Shown here: one piece after another, positions 26,700-39,130 of the stretch | Numbering within the stretch: the stretch's first letter is position 1 | Layout of the letters: each line of letters opens with the position of its first letter | From: Octopus sinensis | Taxonomy: Eukaryota | Reading direction: 5' to 3' | Assembly (NCBI RefSeq): GCF_006345805.1 | Contig: NC_042997.1 | Location: 27,156,001 to 27,220,000 of the forward strand | Length of the DNA: 64,000 nt | Made by a program: the position numbers and the translations under genes | The notes under the pieces: generated by a model | What the model saw: the letters and a program-made list of their open reading frames with translations, nothing else | Database searches by the model: none | Told to the model about the DNA's origin: nothing

Positions 26700-27012
26700 C
26701 TACTATTGTGTGACTCGGCGCGAAGGAATTGGTTATTTCCCTGAAACTTGCTCCTGGGGTTTCAAGGAAATCTTGGACAGTGGGGTTCCTCGATTATCCC
26801 TCGAGCCCTTCCTGAATCAGGAGCGCACATCTCTGTCATCCTCTCCGCCATTTTTTTTTTACCTTGAATGCTATGCATATGCTCCTCTCTTTTCAGTGTA
26901 TACCGTGCATACTTTATTCTGTTTAATCATTTCATTATATATAACTGCCCACATTTTATATTTGTCTCTCTATTGTACTCTTCATTCTTCGCCCGTGTGG
27001 AAAATAAATGAA

Positions 27013-27014
<2 letters not shown>
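26700..27014 (+). mobile_element. Tx1/L1-type LINE 3' UTR fragment followed by (ATT)n
   Basis: ggacagtggggttcctcga..ttttcagtgtataccgtg..tgtggaaaataaatgaaat aligns with 21280-21520. Confidence 0.75.
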
Positions 27015-27074
<60 letters not shown>

Positions 27075-27213
27075 TACTATTACTATTATCATTATTATTA
27101 TCATTATTATTATCATTATTATTATTATTATTATTATTTATTATTATTATATTATATTATTATTATTATTACTATTACTATTACTATTATCATTATTATT
27201 ATCATTATTATTA

Positions 27214-27299
<86 letters not shown>
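27015..27299. repeat. (ATT)n microsatellite
   Basis: Directly visible. Confidence 0.95.
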
Positions 27300-27301
<2 letters not shown>

Positions 27302-27313
27302 AGATGTCGCACA

Positions 27314-27522
27314 TAGCACGCCGGACGGAATGCGTAGCCGTATTTCGTCTACCGCTACGTCCTGGGTTCAAATTCCGCCTAGGTCGACTTAGCCTTTCAT
27401 CCTCTCGGGGTCGATAAATTAAGTACCAGTTGCGCATTGGGGTCGATATAATCGACTTAATCCGTTTGTCTGTCCTTGTTTGTCCCCTCTGTGTTTAGCC
27501 CCTTGTGGGTAGTAAAGAATAT
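27314..27522 (+). mobile_element. SINE C, slightly 5'-truncated
   Basis: Flanked by a duplicated caagatgtcgcaca (27300-27313 and 27571-27584), each copy preceded by (ATT)n. Confidence 0.85.
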
Positions 27523-27539
27523 ATTATTATTATTATTAT

Positions 27540-27570
<31 letters not shown>

Positions 27571-27870
27571 CAAGATGTCGCACAGTTTCCAATAACGTGA
27601 TGTTGTTGATTGAAGATATTGTGTGTACCGGGTGTTTGTACTGTCTGTCAAGTCACAAAAAGAACCTGTGTGCAGTTCCAAGTACCGTCGATGTTTTGCA
27701 ATACACCTAGATTGTAGGGTATTTCTAACGCTTCCAGATGTTTCTTCAGCGTGGGTGATATTGAACCCAATACTCCGATAACAACAGAGACAATCTTTAT
27801 GTTTAACTCTCGTAGCTGCCACATCTTGGCGAACTCAGTTCTCAGGCCTCAAATTGTATCAGATATTTGT
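27571..27870 (-). mobile_element. Dong/R4-type retrotransposon 3' end with (TAA)n tail
   Basis: GLRTEFAKMWQLRELNIKIVSVVIGVLGSI..LKKHLEALEI. Confidence 0.72.
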
Positions 27871-29719
27871 AGAAATCTTGAAAGTATATATTTCATGAAT
27901 GTAAACTTGTGATTGTGTGTGCGACTCGTTGAAAGGGTTAAAGTATTACATACCAGTTACTAGTGCAAGGTGTGCCTATGGGTCTGTGTGTATATTTGCT
28001 TCTATGCGTCTGTGGGTCAATACAGATATATGTGTTCCAACGTATCTTTTGAAATGTATGCACGCGTGTGCTAGTGTGTAGTAACGGTATGGTAGAGAGT
28101 AAAATGTTGATTTAATTAAATTTGAAATGTGTAAAGAAATCGAATTTTTTCTTTATGTTTTTGTTTGTTAGTCTTTTTTCTGAAAATAAGATATTGTAGT
28201 TGGAACATATTGTCTGATATATTAATGTAACGCTTCTTCATAAATTTTACACAGTGTAAATGTTATACGCTGTAAAATTTTATACTGCGATGTATTATTT
28301 GAGGAGAGATGACAATTGAAACGAAAAAAACTATATTTCATATCCAATGTAACCTCAGTTACAATGCTTTTATGATATTTAAGACGGCTCCTGTTTATAT
28401 GAGGGAGAGAAGATATTAATTTTGCGTGTTTCTCCAATGTTTTTGTCTCGTATTTAAGCGTTGATAGATTTTCCGGGTTACAAAGACCACACAAAATATT
28501 TGACTCAGGGTATGCTAGTAATTAATTTAATTAAATTGGATATATTGTTACTTTCTAAAACTAGATATGATGATAGCATGTGTTCACTCATTTTTCTAAC
28601 GTTCTCCATATGTAATTATGGTGGTTGTGGAAGATTTTTATATGCTAGCGGCTGTTTCTATAAACTCAATATCGTTTTATAAGGCTAGATGTGACAACGG
28701 CTGCGCATATATACATACATACATACACAGACACACAGTCATGCTCACTGACGTACACAAACACACACGCATACACGCTCGCACACACACATACACTTAC
28801 ACACATTTATATATAGCACACACGCACAAATACGCACATATATACACAAGTGATTTTCCAATGAGCTATCATCAGCTGAACAACAAAGAATGAGCATTGA
28901 AGAGAATGAATCACTTCATGTCTTCAGATAAGCAGGTACCTCATTAAATACTATATTAACATTCCAGCAACGATAGCATTATATCATATAGAATATGACA
29001 TTTTCTTTTTATAATTTCCTCTCTCTGCCTTCAAATATTATATTTTGCAACCGAACTAGTGATAATAGCAAAATGACCACCTCTGTACAAATTTCTCCAA
29101 CACGAAAATAAACTAAGAAATAGTAACTGAATAATAAAGCAGGTTTCAGAAAAAAAGCCTCTGGTGATAAAAAAAAAAATCTTTATCCTTCCTCACATTT
29201 TATTTAATCTACGCATCAGACACTGCCATAGTTTTCACAGACAGATAATACAAACACGCATATGTCTAAACAAATACATAAGCACACTTTTTAAGATACA
29301 CACATCTAGCAGCAAGTGAAGACAAACACTTTATGCTCTTACACATAGACACGCAGGCATACGCCCACACGTTTACGATCATCGAAAATATAGACTTAGG
29401 AATCCCATAAATAAAACAGCCAGTCTAAACACACGGTCCACAATTTCAATATACCATCATAGTAATGAAACTGGTTGTAAATGTTCTTGTCTGAAAGATC
29501 AACATAAGCTAGTAGAGTGATGGGTTTTTTTTAGCTCATATTTGAACATAGATGTTATGGTGAAACTTGTTCTTGCAATGAAAAACCGAATATAAAGTTA
29601 TTAATAAATAATGCACAGTACTTTAGAAAATTTGCACTAAGCTCCCTTTTTGTTAAATGTTCTCAATTCGTACACACACGTATACATGTAAACTTTACTG
29701 AATATGAATGTGAGCGCGT

Positions 29720-29751
<32 letters not shown>

Positions 29752-29767
29752 AAAGGTGCATATCGCA

Positions 29768-30334
29768 TATTTGGCACAAGGCCAGAACTAAGGAGAAGTG
29801 GATAAGTCGATTGCATCGACCTCAGTGCCCCTCTTGTACTTATTTTGTTGAGCCCGAAGGGTGAAAGACAAAGTCAACCTGGGCGAATTTTGAACTCAGA
29901 ACACAAAGATAGACGGAATTCCTATTTCTTTACTGCCCACAATGGGCTACACACAAAGGGGACAAACAAGGACAGACAAACGGATTAAGTCGATTATATC
30001 GACCCCAGTGCGTAACTGGTGCCAATTTAATCGATCCCGAAATGATGAAAGACAAAGTTGACCTCGGTGGAATTTGAACTCAGAACGTAGCAGCAGACGA
30101 AATACCTATTTCTTTACTACCCACAAGGGGCTAAACATAGAGAGGACAAACAAGGACAGACAAACGGATTAAGTCGATTATATCGACCCCGGTGCGTAAC
30201 TGGTACTTATTTAATCGACCCCGAAAGGATGAAAGGCAAAGTCGACCTCGGCGGAATTTGAACTCAGAACGTAACGGCAAACGAAATATGGCTAGGCATT
30301 TCGCCCGGCGTGCAAACGTTACTGCCAGCTCGCC
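29768..30334 (-). mobile_element. SINE C head-to-tail trimer
   Basis: Three body units joined at gacg(a/g)aa(t/a)(t/a)c|ctatttc (~29920 and 30105/30106). Only the rightmost unit has the tRNA-like head. Confidence 0.85.
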
Positions 30335-30459
30335 AGTTTTCTATATCATATTTTCATATTGTAAAAAATCTAAGTTTCCCCCCTCATGTTGCTTATCAGG
30401 AAATGGGGCTCAAGTTCCCCATGCAATGCAAGTTAAGATAATGTCATTTACCACTTTAG

Positions 30460-30710
30460 GGCGGCGAGCAGGCAGAAAAGTTTGCACGCCGGGCGAGCGA
30501 AATGCCTTGTGGTATGTCATCTGCAGTTACGTTCTAAGTTCAAATTTCGCCGAGGTCGACTTTGCCTTTCATCCTTTCGGGGTCGATTAAATAAGTACCA
30601 GTCACGCACTGGGGTCGATATAATCGACTTAATCCGTTTGTCTGTCCTTGTTTGTCCTCTCTGTGTTTAGCTCCTTGTGGGTAGTAAAGAAATAGGTATT
30701 TCATCTGCCT
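30460..30710 (+). mobile_element. SINE C, full length, inverted relative to the trimer
   Basis: Reverse complement of 30103-30334; spacer ~125 bp. Confidence 0.87.
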
Positions 30711-31877
30711 AGTGATATTTTGTTTCTTTATAAATGCGTTATTCAATATTTTCAATTCAATTCTTTCTAGTTTAGATGGCATTGGTTGTGGATGATGATA
30801 GTTCGAATATTTTATGCCTGTTTATCAACATTGATAATTAAAGTGCAGACTTAAAACATGTTATTTTTTAAAAATTGCTTTCTATACATTAGGATTTATG
30901 GAGAGAAATGTGTGCCTGTTTTTAGGTATCGCGTAAATTCTGTCACTAATTTATAAATTCCAGAAAATATTTTGTAAGATAACATGAGCATATTTTTCAA
31001 AATGTAAAGAAAAAAAAAACATTTAATTTTAAAGTAATAATGTCAGATTTCATCGTCTTTTCGGAATATATCCATATTTTATGATATACTTGGTAAACAC
31101 CTTTAGAACATGTACGAGTGTATTTTCACTTACGTACTTAAGAAATTAACTGTGTGTTTATTTAGTGCTCTTTTTGCGTTTTAAAATTTACATTTACAAT
31201 TTACATATATTCACAATAACGAAGACTATAATATTCAATTATATGCATCTAATTCTTACAGAAATTGGCAAATATTGTGAAGGAAATCCATGAAATAAAC
31301 AACGTATTATTAAAGGCAGATAAAAAAATGAATTTGTTATCTTTCTCAAATTTACTTAGAAGCAACATTACTAATAATTATTGAAATATCTCCAGTAATA
31401 TATGAAGCGCTATAAATAGCAAAACCAGAAACAGATACAAGTTTTAACATAGGTGACAGTGTAGAGATTGTTGCATTAGATATAATTTTACTGGTATTAT
31501 GAATCAGTTAAAATCTATTACACATAGAGACCAAAGGTGCACATAACGGAAACAGCTTCTCGTCTAGAGAGTTCATATTTGCCATCTTCTCCATTGTCCA
31601 TTCCGCTATATTGTCCAACCATTCATTTTGTGATCTATTTTCTTATTATATAGAAATATTATTATTTCTAATTCTCTCTAAAGGAGACTACGACAGCGGT
31701 GCTGGATATTAATAGTTATCGCCAAGCTAATATGGCATTGCAGAAAAATAGGACGAATGCTGCCGTTGATTACCTCTAAGAGGCCATCGCCTCTAGCTAG
31801 CTATGTGACACACAAACCTGTGTCCATTATAACCTTCGAACAGGGGAGATCAGCAGCTTCCCCTTGCTGATCTGGCA

Positions 31878-31920
31878 TCCACAGACCAGTTTCGAGGTGT
31901 TTGCCTCTTATCAATGTGGA
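31878..31920 (-). ncRNA. Minimal type-I hammerhead ribozyme, U3-A8 core variant
   Basis: tccaca-TTGATAA-gagg caaaca cctc-GAAA-ctgGTC-tgtgga. Helix I 6 bp, helix II 4 bp, helix III ACTGGT self-complementary with wobble pairs. Confidence 0.72.
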
Positions 31921-32162
31921 GTAGCCAAACCCAGCAGGCGTCGCTGCTGACCGACTGCTCGAAGGATTATTTACCTAAATTCAGTGGGAATACAACCACT
32001 GGCTTTCAAAAATAGAAATATCATTATTTATAAGTCTCTCAAAAGGAGACTACGGAGCGGTACTGGATATTAATAGTTATCGCCAAACTAACATGGATGT
32101 ATTCCACTGAATTTAGGTAAATAGTCCTTCGGTCAGCAGCGATGCCTGCTGGATTCGGTTAC

Positions 32163-32205
32163 TCCACGTTGATAAGAGGTAAACACCTCGAAACTAGTCT
32201 GTGGA
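32163..32205 (+). ncRNA. Minimal type-I hammerhead ribozyme, U3-A8 core variant
   Basis: tccacg-TTGATAA-gaggt aaac acctc-GAAA-ctaGTC-tgtgga. Helix I 6 bp, helix II 5 bp, helix III palindrome ACTAGT. Predicted cut after 32199. Confidence 0.78.
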
Positions 32206-33915
32206 TGCCAGACCAGCAAGGGGAAGCTGCTGACCTCCCCTTTTCGAAGGTAATAATGGACACAGGTTTGTGTGTCACATAGCTAGAGATGATGGCCTCT
32301 TGGAACTAATCTGGACTGCCATGTTAGCTTGGTGATAACTGTTAATATATTTTCTTATTCTTCTTTCACTTGGAGATTATCTGTGCATTAAATTATTCCC
32401 TAGAGGCTGAGTATCATGACCCACCGATTTAATTTTCCATTCTTTGACAATAAACAAGCGTATTTCGCAGTACGCAGTCTTCTGAACAGTATCGTTGCAA
32501 ACATATGGCTCACTAATCTATATTTAAAATGCAAAGCACCTTTCTATAACATTTCATTTCAAAGACCAACGGCATTTTCTTTTTTTTTTTTTGAGATCTT
32601 TTTCAATAATCTGCCGTTAAATTTACTATTTTCCTTAAAGAAAAACATTTTTGTTGATATTATATTTTCATTTTTCGAAACAGCTAAGTTTAGCTGCAGC
32701 CATTGTAGCTGCTGCAATCCGGTATTTAAGAACGAAAGAATAATTCCGCGAATGAATAATCCCACGGCTAAACATCGAAATCCAACTGAGACAGCTATAA
32801 CGAATTAGTACAATTACACGATACGAAATCAACTTCAAATTCCAGGAAAAGTTCCATATTAACACTTTTGACCAATAGCATTAGTACTAAGTTGGTTAGA
32901 AACAGCCTTCATATAATATATATTCTGGTATTTTTAAAAATCCACATTTTAAAATAAAATAACAAACAATGAATAATTCAAATTATTGTAAGATTGACAA
33001 TATCAGTATACAATAATGTAACTGCTATTTCTACAACGTGTGTCCAGTCAATTGCAAGTGTTTGCTAACATAAGTCATCTACGCCAGACACTGACTTATG
33101 TAACATTAATCAGAATAGAACAGATTACATCGATATGACAGATAAGAGATTAGATATCATCGATCGATAAAAATAAACAAATAGAATATTAGAAAGAAAT
33201 TCTGACACGAACCTAGCGACGCATGACTGTTTTTTGAAAAATAATAATCTAACGTACAGTATCAATTGGCACCTTTTAGACAAAGTAATTTGTTTTACAC
33301 AAGGCAATCTCTTCTGTAATTTTTCCTTACAAGCAAAGATTTTAATTTAAAAACAATGTTTAAGAGCACAGACTTAATAACTTCTTGTCTGCTTTAGTAA
33401 AAATATCGTTATTGTAGCTCAGTAACAGAATCCTGAAATATCGAGAAATATGAAATATCGATAAAACATGATATTTTTATTCAAAAAGAAAATATTATTT
33501 AATATCTGAAAGATTATAAGATTATAAAGAGTTGGCATCGGCCCTCCTTAAATATAAATCTTCAGGCTTTTACATATTAATTTCTTATATGAATCATACT
33601 TAATAACATGAATTTTTCTCATATAATGGCTCTGGCATACAAAGCAACTATACATTATTTTCCTACATGCACACACACACACACATGATCAGTCTATGGC
33701 CATACTCTAACTCATGACTCAGCAACCGATAAAAAATAAGGACTAAAATTCAAAACATAATCACTGGTTTATAACCAAACTTTATTAAATATATAAAGTT
33801 CGAAACAAACATTTTTGTCCACAAGTTATGATAAATCAATATGATGGAGAAAACTTCACTTTTTACTTGAACATCTACTATCTGACAACTAACAATAATT
33901 ATAAAGCAAGCATTG

Positions 33916-33959
<44 letters not shown>

Positions 33960-33978
33960 TATGTATATATGTATATAT

Positions 33979-34480
33979 AAGGTCATCCTATAAATAATGC
34001 TGTCTTTTTATGCTTCTTTTATTTTCCAATTTTAAGATAAGCAAATTCTGTTTTTAATCTAAAATATGCTCAACTTCATTTTCTAAAATGCTCTTCCATC
34101 TATCTGCTAGACTTGCAAGGCCCATCTTCCAAAATTCACTTGTCCGTAACGAAAAATACTGCTCCAGTACTATTCTAACCTCGTCTAGAGAATTCATATT
34201 TTTTCCGTTCAAATGATTTTGAAGATTGCGGAATACATGATAATCAGATGGGATATTATCCAGCAAATATGGTGGGTGGGACATCGTTTCCCATTCAAAC
34301 TGCTCCAGCCGTTGAAATGCCATCCTCGCTGTATGTGGCTGAGCATTATCCTGATGGAGGAACACCTTTCGTCTTGAAAGCAAAGATGGTCATTTTTCTT
34401 CTAGTGCTGACTTAAGCCGCTCAGGTTATTCGCAGTAGATCTCCCTTGTTATCATTTGGTTTAAGTTTAAAAGTTCAAGG
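33979..34480 (-). pseudogene. Mariner transposase C-terminal half with a probable TIR abutting (TA)n
   Basis: HQDNAQPHTA, HPPYLLDNIPSDYHVFRNLQNHL and LADRWKSILENE..ILD*, with upstream in-frame stops. TIR-like aaggtcatcctataaataatgctgtcttttt at ~33979-34010. Confidence 0.85.
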
Positions 34481-34779
34481 TGGACTAAACGTTTCATATT
34501 GCTACTTTTATTGAACTTGTAAAGCAAAATATGCTAAATATTCTCCTTTGTCATTTCCATTACAGCTTTGAAAAAATAACTATTAAAATTGAATTGCACT
34601 ATTCAAAACTTGCGCTTTTATTTCCCACAAGGGAACAACATAAAAAGGGACATCACAATCTGAATTTGGGGTCAGATGAACGAATGGTTATAAACATAAA
34701 TGTGAGATTAAAAATTCACAAAATATGAAAATATAAAAATTGAATGATAAGACAGACCGGAAAACATTACGGATGGAAT

Positions 34780-36000
34780 GGGGCGGGTTTAATTCGAACC
34801 CGGCGAGCCTCGCCGTTCCAATGATACCTGGGATGCGTCCTGTGTCGCATTCATGAGGCTACATTCATACGAAACATCCGTGCTACATTCTTCCATCAAT
34901 TATCGAACATTTTCATAGTCAGGCATTTTCTTTCTAGCCTTATTTTCCTTTTAAGTTGAAAGGTAAAGTAATTCACCAATACAGGGCCAGAGATGAAGAT
35001 GTCTGACTCTAACCCTTTCAATCTCGTCTTCCAAATCACCTCTCTCGCAATTGCTACTTCGACCGACGAGAAAACAATTCTTACCTTATTTCGATAGGAA
35101 ATCGGGCGGGTCAACTTTTACTATAGACTTAGTCGATAGCAGTACTCTTCCTGCACTTGACAGCAGTTGTTCAGCATAAACCCACACGTCTGACACCTCC
35201 GAACACTGTAGGACGGTTTTACTATACCGCTCACATCTTGGACAGGTCGATGGGCCGTGGCCACCATGCCTTGTGAGCTTGACACGCACAGGTAAGGCTG
35301 CTCGGTAATACTGCCATGCTAGAGACTTCTAAAAGTTGTCCAGGGTCATCGGCCCGAATGTACGTTGGAACAGACTGGACAGCTGATTATTATCGAGACC
35401 TAGGGTTTCCCTTAAAGTATCGTCACATTTCGCCTCTACCAACCCTCTATAAAAGAATGCGGTGGAACCACTACCACAGGCATTGCCCGCGAGACGGAAT
35501 AGCAGGAGATCCTTGCAACACTCTATAAACCATGTACCCAACTTTGATCTTCGATAGAACTAGGTTTCCCGTCCACTGAAACTAGTGAACTTGGAAAACA
35601 TCCGTTTCACCAGCGGAGACTACACCCGTTCACTATCCAGGTAGAGCCAAAGCTGCCTCAACATCAGCGCATGTCTGCGCATCAACAGCCAAGGCTTCCA
35701 TAGTCCACCCATTAACGGTTGTTGGCAGCAAATAGAGCGTCTCGCAAGCGGTTTCGAGCCCTTCTACAAGACGTGGAAGAGCTGTCTTTCCAGCTTGATC
35801 AACCACGAATCAGGGCAAGGAACAACGGTTAGGCGGTAGGTGATGACCTATGCGTTGAACACATTGGCCATCTCCGCCCTGCCTTTCAGGGATAGCCACC
35901 GGCAAGACCAGGTCTTGACTATGTGGGTTACCCTGCTCGATACCTCCGCCCAGTTCTCTATTTGTACGTCTGGTCCGAACCAAACTTCTAGCAACTAAAT
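34780..36000 (-). mobile_element. Decayed Tx1/L1-type LINE, ORF2 3' third
   Basis: EVWFGPD, WLSLKGRAEMANVF, RRSICCQQPLMGGL, TCPRCE and REVIWKTRLKG..YFTFQLKRKIRLER. Confidence 0.82.
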
Positions 36001-36431
36001 CTGTTCTTCTATAATCTGTATCTTTATATGCACATGTGTTTGCGTCTGTATTTGTGTGTGTGTGTGTGTCATTGCTCTTAGTAGCATTATGACCCTCCCT
36101 CATCCCCCCCAACGATGCCGCTGTTATTGCCCTTGACCCCGAGTTTTGGTACCGTTCCTATATCTCTCTGTTTGTGTGTCCGCCCACGCTGCTGCCACTA
36201 TGATAGTTTTTGTTGTAGCTGTTGCTGTTGTTGTTTTTGCTCAGTCCCTCATTACATCGTGAGCTATACACTATATTCCTAAACTTACAGTTAACCTGTG
36301 GGTTTATTCTACATACTATACAATTGTTATCCGTACATGGAGACTTATCGAATGGATGAGTTTTATAGATCAGAGATTTTATGGAGTCTCCAGGCCTTTC
36401 TACTATTTTAATCCGTACATTAGCCTTATCT

Positions 36432-36819
36432 GGATGGAAGCACTCTGTCGGTTACGACGATGAGGGTTCCGGTTGATCCGAATCAACGGAACAGCCTGCT
36501 CGAGAAATTAACGTGTAAGTGGCTGAGCACTCCACAGACACGTGTACCCTTAACGTAGTTCTCGGGGATATTCAGCGTGACACAGAGAGTGACAAGGCCG
36601 GCCCCTTGAAATACAGGTACAACAGAAACAGGAAGTAAGATTGAGAGAAAGTTGTGGTGAAAGAGTACAGCAGGAATCACCACCATCCCCTGCCGGAGCC
36701 TCGTGGAGCTTTAGGTGTTTTCGCTCAATAAACACTCACAACGCCCGGTGTGGGAATCGAAACCGCGATCCTACGACAGCGAGTCCGCTGCCCTAACCAC
36801 TGGGCCATTGCGCCTCCAC
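36432..36819 (-). mobile_element. SINE A1
   Basis: Full length; 11-bp TSD tagccttatct at 36421-36431 and 36820-36830. Confidence 0.92.
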
Positions 36820-36833
36820 TAGCCTTATCTAAT

Positions 36834-36922
36834 GCTTTACTAAAAAAGCTTTACTAAAAAAGCTTTACTAAAAAAGCTTTACTAAAAAAAAAAAATGATT
36901 TACTAAAAAAGCTTTACTAAAA
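36834..36922. repeat. ~14-bp tandem repeat (gctttactaaaaaa) x~6
   Basis: Directly visible; the A-run length varies between units. Confidence 0.85.
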
Positions 36923-36929
36923 TGCTTCC

Positions 36930-37740
36930 CCTGGCTCGCAGCCAGGGGTAGCATCAACGAACATGACACTGGTATTTTTTGTCGTCATATCATGAGTTAG
37001 CTCTGTCTATGTTTTCTCTAATTCTTTCTGTACTGTTCCAGGATTTACTTCTGTATAGTGGGCAGATCCCCTTTGCATGAATCTCTATGATGGCTTCGTA
37101 CTTAGTCGTAGCTTCTTTATACACTCTTATCCTGTCCCTTTGGCTGTAAAAAAGAACTACATGAGGTGAATAGAGTGTTGAATGTGTCTTTCCAGTTCTA
37201 TAGGGACGCATGTGAGGGGCACATTCGTCATTACTCTCACTAAGTCTTCTATAAGAATATTGAACTTAGCGTTATCCGCAATAGTGGAGGGTGAATGATC
37301 TGGACCTAGGTTTCCAATCAATCCTGTGTCTAAAACCAGTAGCCTATAGTCCGAGTGCTTGGTAGGGTAGTCTATTCTTACTTAATACTCTGATGAATGG
37401 CGTTAGCAATTCGCTGCATGCTATCCATAGTATTTAGCTTCTAGATCATCGACATTGTCTTGTAGGGGTGCTTTAGCTATTGTGTTGATATCATCCATAT
37501 AGCGGAAGTACATGTTTAGGGTTATGGAGTTTTCTGCTAATTTCTCTTTGAGTCACTTATCCCGCCATACCATACATACGTTAGCCAGCATCGCCAGCGA
37601 TAATGACACCGGTGGCTGCACCGTCCTTCTTCGGTGTATATTTTGTTATTAAACTTAAATATGTGGCCCTTGAGTGTGATATTGGTACTCGCATCCAACC
37701 CATGCTCGACCATCTTTTTAACCTGATCATTGTTTTCGGG
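36930..37740 (-). mobile_element. Penelope-like retroelement RT fragment
   Basis: KGHIFKFNNKIY..DGAATGVIIAGD.AN, NMYFRYMDDIN, IDYPTKH..RLLVLD, PLYRSKSWN and SVMFVDATPG resemble PLE RT and linker motifs. Frameshifted. Confidence 0.7.
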
Positions 37741-37836
37741 GCTCCGTATAGCATGTATGTGTGTATGTATGTATGTATGTATTTATGTATGTATGTATGT
37801 ATGTATGTATGTATGTATGTATGTATGTATGTATGT

Positions 37837-38311
37837 GTGGAGGCACAATGGCCCAGTGGTTAGGGCAGCGGACTCGCGGTCGGAGGATTGCGGTTTCGAT
37901 TCCCAGACTGGGCATTGTGAGTGTTTATTGAGCGAAAACACGTAAAGCTCCACGAGGCTCCGGCAGGGGGGGGGGGGTGAACACTACTGTACTCTTTCAC
38001 CACAACTTTCCTGTTTCTGTTGTACCTGTATTTCAAAGGGCCGGCCTTGTCACACTCTGTGTCACGCTAAATATCCTCGAGAACTACGTTAAGGGTAAAC
38101 TTCCACGTTAATAAATGAGCTGCGACGTCACTGGTGCCAAGCTGTATCGGCCTTTGCCTTTCCCTTGGATAACATCGGTGGCGTGGAGAGGGGAGGCTGG
38201 TATGTATGGGCGACTGCTGGTCTTCCATAAACAACCTTGCCCAGACTTGTACCTCGGAGGGTACCTTTCTAGGTGCAATTCCATGGTCATTCATGTCCGA
38301 AGGAGGTCACA
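37837..38311 (+). mobile_element. SINE A head and partial body with a fourth tail type, inserted in a (TATG)n tract
   Basis: A head to ~38095, then unrelated gagctgcgacgtcactgg..ccatggtcattcatgtccgaaggaggtc. (TATG)n on both sides. Confidence 0.7.
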
Positions 38312-39130
38312 ATGTATGTATGTATGCATGTATGTATGTATGTATGTATGTATGTATGTATGTATGTATGTATGTATGTATGCATGCATGCATGTATGTA
38401 TGTATGTATGTATATATGTATGTATGCATGTATGTATGTATGCATGTATGTATGTATGCATGTATGTATGTATGTATGCATGTATGTATGTATGCATGTA
38501 TGTATGCATGTATGTATGTATGTATGCATGTATGTATGTATATATGTATGTATGCATGCATCTATGTATGTATGCATGTATGTATGTATGTATGTATGTA
38601 TGTATGTATGTATGTATGCATGCATGTATGTATGTATGTATACATGCATGTATGTATGTATGTATGTATGTATGCATGTATGTATGCATGCATGTATGTA
38701 TGTATGCATGTATGTATGTATGTATGTATGTATGTATGCATGCATGTATGTATGTATGTATGCATGTATGTATGCATGTATGTATGTATGCATGTATGCA
38801 TGTATGTATGCATGCATGTATGTATGTATGTATGTATGTATGCATGTAAGTATGTATGTATGTATGTATGCATGTATGTATGCATGCATGTATGTATGTA
38901 TGTATGCATGTATGTATGCATGTATGTATGTATGTATGTATACATGCATGTATGTATGTATGTATGTATGTATGCATGCATGCATGCATGTATGTATGTA
39001 TGTATATGCATGTTTGTGCATGTATGTATGTATGTATGTATGTATGTATGTATGTTGTGTATTTATGCATGTATGTATGTATGTATGTATGTATGTATGT
39101 ATGTATGTATGTATGTATGTATGTATGTAT
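38312..39130. repeat. ~820-bp (TATG)n/(CATG) tetranucleotide satellite
   Basis: Directly visible; source of the 244-321 aa MYVC/HTYI ORFs. Confidence 0.95.

Larger units (their letters stand above)
31651..32348. mobile_element. Penelope-like terminal-repeat structure: ~250-290-bp inverted repeat plus an 85-bp direct repeat
   Basis: Inverted arms 31706-31994 and 32098-32348; direct repeat 31651-31735 and 32013-32096. Each arm carries one hammerhead motif. The Penelope assignment is inference because no ORF is present. Confidence 0.7.

Noticed and set aside
26695-27417. 240-aa ORF, and the similar 289-aa ORF at 48811-49680
   Set aside because: Built from a LINE 3' UTR or unique flank plus microsatellites and SINE sequence; low complexity.
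32416-32865. 130-aa ORF and a 38-nt AG..GT micro-exon candidate (32684-32721, LSLAAAIVAAAI)
   Set aside because: No recognisable homology and only a moderate donor site; insufficient without RNA data.
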